64,000 nucleotides of DNA, taken from NCBI GenBank assembly GCA_963814585.1, contig CAWFDF010000004.1, positions 480,001-544,000 of the forward strand, in the 5' to 3' direction. The position numbers and the translations under genes were made by a program. Positions 56,009 through 64,000 of the stretch are shown piece after piece. The stretch is from an uncultured delta proteobacterium (lineage in GTDB: Bacteria > Myxococcota > Myxococcia > Myxococcales > Anaeromyxobacteraceae). A model generated the notes under the pieces. That model had not been told where the DNA came from and did no database searches. It worked only from the letters and a program-made list of their open reading frames with translations. Positions within the stretch are counted from its first letter, which is position 1; every line of letters starts with the position of its first letter.

Positions 56009-56880
56009 GCGGGACGCCCCGTGCTCCGCGCCGGCCTCTCCAGGGCCAGCAGGGACCACTCCCCGTCGCGCCGATCGCCGCCCGCCAGCCGCCGCAGCCC
56101 GGCGGCCAGGTAGGCGGCGCGCACCTCGTCCTCCTGCGGCGTGAGGATGCCGGAGAGGAGCACCACGCCACCTGGAGCCAGCTGGGCGGCGATCGGGCGC
56201 GCCAGCTCGCAGAGCGTGTTGGCGAGGATGTTGGCGAGGATGAGGTCGAACGGCCCGGGCTGCTCCGCGACGCCCCGCCCGTCGAAGTCGACCTGCACGC
56301 CGTTCAGCGCGGCGTTCTCCAGCGCCACGCGGACGGCGACGGGATCGTTGTCGTTTCCCACCACCACGGGCGCCCCCAGCTTGCGCGCCGCGATGGCCAG
56401 CAGGCCGGAGCCGGTGCCGACGTCGAGCACGCGCGCTCGCGGCGTGGCGGCGAGCCGCTCCGACATGGCGGCGAGGCAGAGCGAGGTGGTCGGATGGGTT
56501 CCCGTGCCGAAGGCCATGCCCGGGTCGAGCGTCACCTCGACCATGCCCGGCGGCGTCGGGGCGGCGACCCAGCTCGGCCGCACGAAGACCCGGCCGATGG
56601 AGAGCGGCGCGAGCCCCTCCTTCCACGACTCGCCCCAGTCCTGGTCGGGCAGCTCCTCCGGCTGGACGTGGCGCCGACGTGCCGCGGCGGCGGCCTCCTC
56701 GCGGTCGGCGAACCAGGCCACCACCAGCGCCCGCCCCGCCGCCGGCTGCCGGACCCCCGGCATGGGGATCCCCTCGCCATCGCGGACCTCGACCCCCGAG
56801 GCTCCGTCCTCCATGAGCGCCGCCGCCAGCTCCTCGGCCTCGTCCAGCTCCACGTCGATGGTCACCGACCAGCTCGCCAC
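56005..56880 (-). CDS. prmA: Ribosomal protein L11 methyltransferase
   Basis: DWGESWK, DPGMAFGTGTHPTT, VLDVGTGSGLL, ILANILA, LSGIL; GGAGGAGG RBS. Confidence 0.93.
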   Translation of the reverse strand: MASWSVTIDVELDEAEELAAALMEDGASGVEVRDGEGIPMPGVRQPAAGRALVVAWFADREEAAAAARRRHVQPEELPDQDWGESWKEGLAPLSIGRVFVRPSWVAAPTPPGMVEVTLDPGMAFGTGTHPTTSLCLAAMSERLAATPRARVLDVGTGSGLLAIAARKLGAPVVVGNDNDPVAVRVALENAALNGVQVDFDGRGVAEQPGPFDLILANILANTLCELARPIAAQLAPGGVVLLSGILTPQEDEVRAAYLAAGLRRLAGGDRRDGEWSLLALERPARSTGRPA

Positions 56881-57019
56881 GGGCGCCTCCTCCTGCCCTG
56901 CCGCGGGCCTGCGTACCCCGTCCCGCCCCGCCGATCCAGCGCCGGGCCCCGGGGTGCGCCGATATCGCACCCGGCGAAGAGTGAACCGCCTCCCGGTTTG
57001 GCGCTACCATGACGCCCTC

Positions 57020-59443
57020 ATGAGCTGGAACGTGCTGCTGATCGAGGCCGACGTCATCGTCGCCGAGGAGATCCGTGCCGCCTTCTCGCCGGCCGGCTTC
57101 GTGGTCGCCGCGGCGGAGGCCGGCGACCTGGCGCTGGAGCGGACGCGCACCGCGCCACCGGATCTCATCCTGCTCTCGGCCGAGCTGCCCGACATGAGCG
57201 GCTTCTCGGTGTGCAACCGGCTCAAGCGGGCGCTGCCGTCGACGCCCCTGATCCTCTACACGCGCGAGGCGACCGACGGCGCCATCGAGGCCCACCGCGT
57301 CTCCAAGGGGCGCGCCGACGCCTACCTGCGCGCCCCGCTCGACATGGCCGACCTGCTCGGCCACGCCGCGCAGCTCCTGCACGCAGAGCCCGAGGCCTCC
57401 CCGCCGCCCCGGAGCGCGCCACCGCCGATGGCCTCGCCGCCTCACGCCCCGCGCCCGCCCGCCGCCGGGGCCGCGGCCCCACCCCGGCCGCAGGCGCCGC
57501 CGCCGCGCCCCACCGTCGCCGTCCCCGCCCAGCCGGCGCCACCCACCCGGCTCAAGACCGCCGGCCCGCGCGCCGACCAGCTGCTGGCGGAGTGGCCGCG
57601 CGACCCCGCGCCGCCCAAGGGCACGCCGGAGGAGAAGCTCGAGTACTTCCGCGAGCGGCTGCGCGCCCGCGACGCCTACATGCCGAGGCTGCGCGACGCC
57701 ATCGGCGAGCTGAAGGCCGAGGCCGCCCAGGTCATCGCCGATGGCGATGAGCTGCGCGCCACCGTCGCCGCGACCCGGAGCCAGGTGCTCACGCTGGAAG
57801 GCCGGCTCGGCGAGGCGGCGCAGGAGCTGGCGGCCGCCGCGGCGCAGCGAGCCGAGCTGGAGCGGCGCCTCGGCGAGGTGGACGCCACGCGCCAGTCGCT
57901 CTCGGAGGTGCTCTCCGAGACCATGCAGGAGCACGAGCGGGCCGAGCAGGAGTGGTCCAGCCGGGTGGCGGCCGCCGACGCAGCGCGGGCCGAGGTGGAG
58001 CAGGCCTTCGCCGAGGCCCAGGCGGCCCACGTCAAGGAGCTGCAGGCCATCGCCGCCGACCGGGCCGACGAGCGGGCGGCCATCGAGGAGGCGCGGGTCC
58101 AGGCCGAGGCCGACCACGCCCAGGCGCTGGCCCAGCTCGATGCCGAGCGCATGGCCGATGGAGAGGCCGCGCGGACCGCCGCCGAGGCGGCCTCGGCCCA
58201 GCTCGTCGAGCTGGCCGCCGAGCGGGACGAGCTGGAGCGGACCCTCTCCACCACCACGGCCAGGCTGGCCGAGGTGGAGGAGGCGGCCGCGGAGGCGGCC
58301 CGCCTGGCGGCCGATGGCCAGGCCTCGCTGGAGAGCCGGCTCACCGAGACCGAAGGCCGGGCGTCGCTCGCCGCCGGCGAGCTGGCCGAGGCGTCGGCGC
58401 GGGCCGAGGCGCTGGAGCAGCGGCTGCAGCAGGTCGAGGCGTCCCGCGCCGAGCTGGACGCAGCGCTCCGGCAGGCCCGGTCCGAGGTGGCGGAGGTGCT
58501 GGCGAGGGCCGGCGACGCCGAGCAGTCGCTGGCGGCGCGCCAGGCGGAGCTGGCGGCCGAGCGAGCCCGCGTCGCCGAGCAGGCCAGCGCCCTCGAGGCG
58601 GGGCGGTCCACCGCGGAGGGCGTGCGGGGCGAGCTGGCGCGTGCCGAGGCCGGCCGGGCCGAGGCCTCCGGGCGTGCCGCCGAGGCCGAGGCCGAGAGGC
58701 AGCGGCTGGCGGGCGACCTGGATGCGGCCCGGGCCGGCGAGGTCGAGGCGCGCGATCGGGTGGCGCGCCTGGAGCTGGAGGTGGCGCGGCTGGCGCCGCT
58801 CGAGGCGGTGGCGGCCGAGGCGGTCCGGCTGCGCAAGGAGCTGCCCGGGCTGAAGGAGCTGGTGACCCAGCGGACCCAGGCGGCCGAGGCCTCGTCGCGC
58901 GCGGCGCAGGCGGCGGCCAGCGAGCGGGCCAGGCTGGCCGAGCGGCTCTCCATCGAGTCCGGGCAGCTGCAGGCCGACGTCCACCGGCTCGAGGCGGAGC
59001 TGGCCCAGGCGCAGCGCAAGCAGGGCGAGGCCGAGCAGGCGGCGGCCCAGGCCCAGGCCGACCTGCTGCGCGAGCGGCAAGGGGCGGAGCAGGCGCGAGG
59101 CACGCTCCGCGAGGGCGTCACGCAGGCGGAGCAGCGCCACGCCACCGACCTGCAGCGGCTCAAGGCGACCGCCGCCGAGCTGGAGCGGCACCTCGAGGGG
59201 CGGGCCCGCGTCGAGCACCAGCTGAAGCGGCGCATCGGCGAGCTGGAGGCGGCGGCCAGGACGGCCGCCGTGGCGCCCGCGCCCGCCGTGGATGGCGTGG
59301 CCCTGGCCTCGCTGCAGGCGCGCCTGGCCGAGGTGGAGGGCGAGCTCTCCGACCTGCGCGAGGAGAACGACTTCCTGAACGGCGAGGTGGCCCGCTACAC
59401 GCAGAAGAACCGGGACCTGAGCGCCAGGCTGGCGGGGAAGTAG
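57020..59443 (+). CDS. Pseudo-receiver plus long coiled-coil protein (FrzS/AglZ-like)
   Basis: NVLLIEAD...PDLILLSAELPDMSGFSVC...HR...ADAYLRAP, with Ser at the phospho-Asp position; Pro-rich linker; roughly 600 aa of A/E/R-rich heptads. Confidence 0.8.
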   Translation: MSWNVLLIEADVIVAEEIRAAFSPAGFVVAAAEAGDLALERTRTAPPDLILLSAELPDMSGFSVCNRLKRALPSTPLILYTREATDGAIEAHRVSKGRADAYLRAPLDMADLLGHAAQLLHAEPEASPPPRSAPPPMASPPHAPRPPAAGAAAPPRPQAPPPRPTVAVPAQPAPPTRLKTAGPRADQLLAEWPRDPAPPKGTPEEKLEYFRERLRARDAYMPRLRDAIGELKAEAAQVIADGDELRATVAATRSQVLTLEGRLGEAAQELAAAAAQRAELERRLGEVDATRQSLSEVLSETMQEHERAEQEWSSRVAAADAARAEVEQAFAEAQAAHVKELQAIAADRADERAAIEEARVQAEADHAQALAQLDAERMADGEAARTAAEAASAQLVELAAERDELERTLSTTTARLAEVEEAAAEAARLAADGQASLESRLTETEGRASLAAGELAEASARAEALEQRLQQVEASRAELDAALRQARSEVAEVLARAGDAEQSLAARQAELAAERARVAEQASALEAGRSTAEGVRGELARAEAGRAEASGRAAEAEAERQRLAGDLDAARAGEVEARDRVARLELEVARLAPLEAVAAEAVRLRKELPGLKELVTQRTQAAEASSRAAQAAASERARLAERLSIESGQLQADVHRLEAELAQAQRKQGEAEQAAAQAQADLLRERQGAEQARGTLREGVTQAEQRHATDLQRLKATAAELERHLEGRARVEHQLKRRIGELEAAARTAAVAPAPAVDGVALASLQARLAEVEGELSDLREENDFLNGEVARYTQKNRDLSARLAGK

Positions 59444-59456
59444 GCCCGCGACGCCA

Positions 59457-60290
59457 TCACGCCGCGACGGCCGGGAGCGCCTTCCGGTAGCGGTTGAGGT
59501 CGCGCACCGTCTCGAACGGCTGCCCGAGGAGGATGGAGAGGTTCCGCAGGATGGCGCCCACCACCCGCTGCTCGCACCCGGCGTCGAAGTGGAGCTGGGT
59601 GTCGAGCCAGCGCTCCAGCCAGCCCGGATCGGGCAGCCGGCTCTGGATGGTGTCGTTGGGGAAGAGCGACCTGGCCACGTGCAGGTTGGTGGGGTGGAGC
59701 GGCCTGCCGCTCCGGCCGCTGCTGGCCATGAGGAAGCCCATCTTGGAGAAGGCGCGGCGCGCCTCGGCGGGGGTCCGCGAGAGGGCCTGCTGCATGTACT
59801 TGAGGTAGGCGCCGCCGTGCCGGGCCTCGTCCCTGGAGATGAGGTCGTAGAGGTGGCGCAGCACCGGCTCCTGGTGCCACTCGGCGGCGCGCCGGTACCA
59901 CTGCGTCAGCCGCACCTCGCCGCAGAAGTGGAGCATGAGCGTCTCCAGCGGCGGGGCCGGGTCGGCCGGGAAGCGGACCGCGTGAAGCTCCGCCTCGGTG
60001 GGCACGAGCGCCGGGCGGAATCGACGCAGGTACTCCATGAGGGCCAGCGAGTGCTTCTGCTCCTCGTAGAACCAGACCGAGATGAAGGCCGAGAAGTCGC
60101 TGTCGTCCTGGTTGTCCCGCAGGAACATCTCGGTGGCCGGCAGCGCTGCCCACTCGGTGATGGCGTTCATGCGGACCGTCAGGGCCTGCTCGTCGGAGAG
60201 CAGCTTCCCGTCGAAGCGGTCCCACGGCACGTCGTCGGCCAGGCTCCAGCGGGCGGCCTCCAGGGACGCGAAGAGCTCGGGGTACAGCAT
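59457..60290 (-). CDS. Ferritin-like di-iron protein (acyl-ACP desaturase-like fold)
   Basis: ITEWAALP, WFYEEQKH, FCGE, SRDEARH (two ExxH motifs); GGGAGG RBS. Confidence 0.75.
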   Translation of the reverse strand: MLYPELFASLEAARWSLADDVPWDRFDGKLLSDEQALTVRMNAITEWAALPATEMFLRDNQDDSDFSAFISVWFYEEQKHSLALMEYLRRFRPALVPTEAELHAVRFPADPAPPLETLMLHFCGEVRLTQWYRRAAEWHQEPVLRHLYDLISRDEARHGGAYLKYMQQALSRTPAEARRAFSKMGFLMASSGRSGRPLHPTNLHVARSLFPNDTIQSRLPDPGWLERWLDTQLHFDAGCEQRVVGAILRNLSILLGQPFETVRDLNRYRKALPAVAA

Positions 60291-60566
60291 GCGGCACCTC
60301 CCAGGTACGTGGTGGTCCTTCTTGCCGCCGGCGTGTCTCCGGCGTGTCACGGCGGCCGGCGGCGCCCCGGCCGGGCGGAAACGTCCGCTCCCTCCGAAGC
60401 GCGGCGAGCGGGCCCGGTGGACGGGGCGGTGCGCTGCCTCTCCGGCCTGGACGACCCCAGCACGCACCGGCCGGGCCTGGCCCCACGGGGAACGTCTCGT
60501 CGCTCCGGGGAGGCCGGCATGGGAAGATGCGTTGCTTCGACCGCCAGCAGTCGCGAGGAGACCGCC

Positions 60567-61193
60567 ATGAGGCTCGCCATCCTGTCCACTCCGGCCCTGG
60601 TCCTGGCGCTCCTCGTGGCCCCTTCGGTGGCGTGGTCCCGGGACCCGCCTCCTCCGCCCGGGACGCCGGCCGCGTCCCCCGCCGCGACCTACCCCTGGAG
60701 CGTGTCGCTCGGGACCGGGGCCGGCGGCTACGTCGAGTTCGTCGACGCCTTCTCCAACGGAGGCCCCGCCGGCTACGACTCGTCGCAGCGGGAGGGCCGG
60801 CTCCAGGTCAACGCCCGGGCCGACCGCCAGCTCGACCGCCGCTTCCGCGTCGGCGTCGCCTGGACCTGGAACCGCTGGACCGACGCCTACTACTCCGGCA
60901 CGACCCGGGTCGGCACCATCGACAACTCGGTCCACTCGCTGATGGCCGACGTCACGCTCCGCTGGTACCGCGGCGAGCACGTGGAGCTCTACAGCGCGCT
61001 GGCCGCCGGGGCCGGCCGCTGGAGCCAGGCCGGCGACGGGATCGGGGCCTCCCAGGACGGCGTCCAGTCCGGGTTCGCCTTCCAGCTCCGCTACTTCGGG
61101 ATCAGCGCCGGGACCGATCGGGTCCGGGCCTTCGTCGACCTCGGCATCGGCATGGAGGGGCTGGTGGTCGGCGGCGTGACGCTGCGGTTCTGA
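60567..61193 (+). CDS. Small outer-membrane beta-barrel protein
   Basis: Signal peptide, alternating aromatic beta-strands, C-terminal GGVTLRF; GAGGAG RBS. Confidence 0.7.
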   Translation: MRLAILSTPALVLALLVAPSVAWSRDPPPPPGTPAASPAATYPWSVSLGTGAGGYVEFVDAFSNGGPAGYDSSQREGRLQVNARADRQLDRRFRVGVAWTWNRWTDAYYSGTTRVGTIDNSVHSLMADVTLRWYRGEHVELYSALAAGAGRWSQAGDGIGASQDGVQSGFAFQLRYFGISAGTDRVRAFVDLGIGMEGLVVGGVTLRF

Positions 61194-61306
61194 GCCGCCG
61201 GCAAGGCTCCCCAGGGAAGGGCGACCGGGAGCGGGGTCACGGATGGAGCGTGACCGATCGCCTCCAGGGGCGGACTTCCCGTGCCAGACTCCCTAACATG
61301 TCCATC

Positions 61307-62239
61307 ATGCGCCGCCCCCAGCCCACCTCCCGGCCCGCTCCCGGTGGATTCCCCGCGCTGGCCTCCCTCGTCGCGGCCGCCACGCTGGTCCTGCCAGCCG
61401 CCGCCGCCGCGGCCCCGGGCGCGCTCCTCGAGGTCTACTTCGGCCCGAGCGAGACCAGCTGGCTCGCGGTCGACGGACTGAGCGTGCTGCTGGACGGGCA
61501 GGAGATCCCGATGCTCCGGCCGGAACCGGACGACCCGCCGGGCAAGCCGCTCTTCTCCGGTCCGATCGGGCCCGGCCCGCACCGGCTGGAGATGACGGCC
61601 TCGCTGCGCGGGGACTCCGACCTCTTCACCTACGTGGACGAGTACCGGTTCATCATGCGAGGCCGCCTCGACCTCGCCGCGCCGGCCGGGCACGTGGTCG
61701 GTGTCCACGGCCGCGTCCAGGCCAGCTCGGGAGCCACCATCAGGTGGGTCGACCGGTACAGGCTGGCGCTGGCCACCGCCTCCTATCCATCCGACCGCGC
61801 CGCCGCGCTGGAGGCCGTCGCCTCGCCGCCGCCGCCCGCCCTCCCCGCCCCGGCGCCGGTGGAAACCGGCCAGGCCAGCGGGACCTCGGCCCCGCCGCCG
61901 GCCGCCGCCTGCGTGCTGGGCACCGTCCGCTTCGGCTTCGACAGGTCGGCGCTCACGCCGGCCGCCCGCCAGGCCGTCGATCGCTTCGCCGCGTGTCTCG
62001 CCGCCGGCTCCGGCACCATCGAGCTCGCCGGCCACTGCGACGTCCGCGGCAGCGACGCCTACAACCAGGCGCTGGGCCAGCGGCGCGCCGACGCGGTGGC
62101 GAGCCGCCTGGAGGCCGGCGGCGTGGCGGCGGGCCGGGTCTCGACCCGCTCCTTCGGCGAGTCGCGCCCGGTCTGCCGCGAGGCCGCCGAGGCCTGCCAC
62201 GCCCGCAATCGGCGGGTCGAGGCCGTGGTCGGGGAGTGA
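61307..62239 (+). CDS. Exported protein with a C-terminal OmpA-like peptidoglycan-binding domain
   Basis: VRFGFDRSAL, GHCDVRGSDAYNQALGQRRA, SFGESRP, NRRVE. Start 61307 (TAACAT 7 nt upstream); 61298 is an alternative. Confidence 0.85.
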   Translation: MRRPQPTSRPAPGGFPALASLVAAATLVLPAAAAAAPGALLEVYFGPSETSWLAVDGLSVLLDGQEIPMLRPEPDDPPGKPLFSGPIGPGPHRLEMTASLRGDSDLFTYVDEYRFIMRGRLDLAAPAGHVVGVHGRVQASSGATIRWVDRYRLALATASYPSDRAAALEAVASPPPPALPAPAPVETGQASGTSAPPPAAACVLGTVRFGFDRSALTPAARQAVDRFAACLAAGSGTIELAGHCDVRGSDAYNQALGQRRADAVASRLEAGGVAAGRVSTRSFGESRPVCREAAEACHARNRRVEAVVGE

Positions 62240-62367
62240 AGACGACGCGGGGCCTGACCGGCCTGGCTTCGAGATGACGGTCGCCATCGAGCCCGCGGCA
62301 GCCTGGGCTCGACGCCGATCGCTCGGCCACGGAGGGCCGAGCGATCGACGGCCCCGGGAATGCACCT

Positions 62368-63722
62368 CTAGCGGTAGCGCCCGGCCACGCCGTCGGGCGT
62401 TCCGCTCGACGTCCTCCCGCCGTGGATGTGGACGCTCCCGTCGGGGAGCTGGACCAGGGTGAGGCCCATCCTCCCCGACGCCAGGCGCCCGCCGCTGACC
62501 ACGAACTCCCCGGTCCCCGGCCTGTAGATCTCGATGGTGTCGAGGAGCGTGCCGTCGGGAGCCATTCCGCCGGCCACCAGCGCCTCGCCGCTCGCCAGCG
62601 GGACCGCCACGTGGAACGTCCGCCCCGCGTCGAGGGGACCCGTGGGGGTGAAGGTCCGGTCGGCGACGGAGTAGATCTCGGCCGACGGCGAGGCCAGCTC
62701 CATGGCCGTGTCACCTCCGGCCAGGAGTACGCGGCCGCCGGGGAGCGGGACCGCCACGTGCAGGACCCGGCCCACGACCATGTTGCCGATGGGGGTGAAG
62801 CTCTCCGTGGCCGGGTCGTACAGCTCGGCCGCCGGGACGACGACGCCCGTGAAGGCGTCCCGCCCCCCGGCGATGAGGATGGTGCCGTCGGGCAGGGTGG
62901 TGGCGGTGTGACCGGCGCGGGGGAAGGCCATGGGGCCACCGCTCGGGCGGCGCGGCGCGTTCCCTCCCGGATCGTAGATCTCCTCGGTGATCACCGACGC
63001 CGGCCTCCGGCCGAGGAAGTCGCCTCCGGCCACGAGGATCTCCCGCTCGGCAGCAGGGTGGCGCTGTGCTGGTAGCGGTCCTGGAGCATCGGGTTCTTGA
63101 GTTCCGACCACCCGCCGGTGACCGGATCGAAGGCGTGCACCAGCGCCGACTCCAGGGCGCCGATCGAGTCATGGCCCCCGGTGAGGAGCAGGCGACCCTT
63201 GCCGTCGAGGAGGGTGGTGGCCTCGGCGTGAGGGTTGTCGAGCGGCCCGGCCTGCGCGAACTCCCCGGTGGCCGGGTCCCAGACCTCGGTGCGCCCCTCC
63301 CACCCGCCGCCGTAGAACCCACCGGCCAGGACCACTCGGCCGTCGGGGAGCAGGCCGGCGCCGTGGTCGGTGCGTGGGAGGCCGCCCAGCACGGGATCGA
63401 GCCGGTGGCGGTAGGCGATGGCCAGGGGCAGCTCCGCCACAGCGCTGCGCGCGCCCTCGGTCACGCGAAGGACATAGGTGCCCGGCGACGTCCCCGGCTT
63501 CAGGGTGACGGGGCGCCCGCTCTCGACCGGGCCGACGTCCGGCTCGATCACGCCAGCGCCTCCCGTGAAGACCGGCACCAGGAGCACCGCCTCCCCGGGG
63601 TAGAGGACCGGCGGATCGGCGGTGAAGGACTGGATGGACGGGCCCGGAGCGGTGGGCAGCGGTGAGGCACTGCAGGCGGCGACGAGGAGCGCCATGGTCA
63701 GGGAAGCCGCGCGAGCTCGCAT
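62368..63722 (-). CDS. Kelch-repeat lipoprotein with a -1 frameshift at about 63043
   Basis: Lipobox VAAC; repeats of R..H.A..L.DGRV..AGG...E.YDP; adding one G gives LPSG-EILVAGG. Confidence 0.82.
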
Positions 63723-63781
63723 CGGCCGGCTTCTAGTGGCGCGCGCTCCCTGCCGCGACCCCCGGATGGGGACCAGGCCGG

Positions 63782-64000
63782 TCAGCCGGCCGACCCGGGT
63801 CCGAGCGGCTCCGGCACGGTAGTCCCCGGCGGCGGCGCGGCGGCGCGGCGGCGCGACAGCGCCCAGGCCAGGACGCCGATCACCGCCACGCCCCCCACCC
63901 ACAGGAGCGTCCGCGGCTGGTCGCCGAACCCCTTCCAGAACATCCAGGCCGAGGAGACCACGTAGACGACGGCCGCCACCACCGCCCGCTTCGACGGCGT
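63782..64000 (-). CDS. C-terminal fragment of a membrane protein; runs off the right edge
   Basis: ...TPSKRAVVAAVVYVVSSAWMFWKGFG...LLWVGGVAVIGVLAWAL; two TM segments. Confidence 0.55.
   Translation of the reverse strand, partial: TPSKRAVVAAVVYVVSSAWMFWKGFGDQPRTLLWVGGVAVIGVLAWALSRRRAAAPPPGTTVPEPLGPGSAG

Overview
This is a very GC-rich (roughly 70-75% by eye), gene-dense core-genome segment, most consistent with an Anaeromyxobacter-like Myxococcota bacterium. That assignment is an inference from the oar-like/TonB locus, a FrzS/AglZ-like pseudo-receiver protein and an FrgA-like protein. It holds about 58 protein genes. Translation and RNA housekeeping: rpsB-tsf, pyrH-frr, pcnB, rnhB, rsmE, prmA, gluQ, and RsmB-, RluA- and YhbY-family genes. 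Metabolism: malQ, tkt, nadE-ppk2, a split acyl-CoA carboxylase and methylmalonyl-CoA mutase. Envelope: a divergent TonB-dependent transporter / tonB-exbB-exbD-exbD locus and several lipoproteins. I saw no rRNA, tRNA, CRISPR array, transposase or phage genes. Main observations: (1) a BCP peroxiredoxin whose peroxidatic Cys is an in-frame UGA followed by a clear SECIS-like hairpin, i.e. a selenoprotein missed by the ORF track; (2) a biotin-carrier subunit whose biotinylation motif is EALRM (no Lys), alongside an unusually diverged carboxyltransferase; (3) a nested, potentially switchable RNA structure in the leader of the Oar-like transporter; (4) many genes with a -10 box 6-11 nt before the start codon and no Shine-Dalgarno; (5) at least nine single-base indels in seven genes, most likely assembly errors rather than biology.
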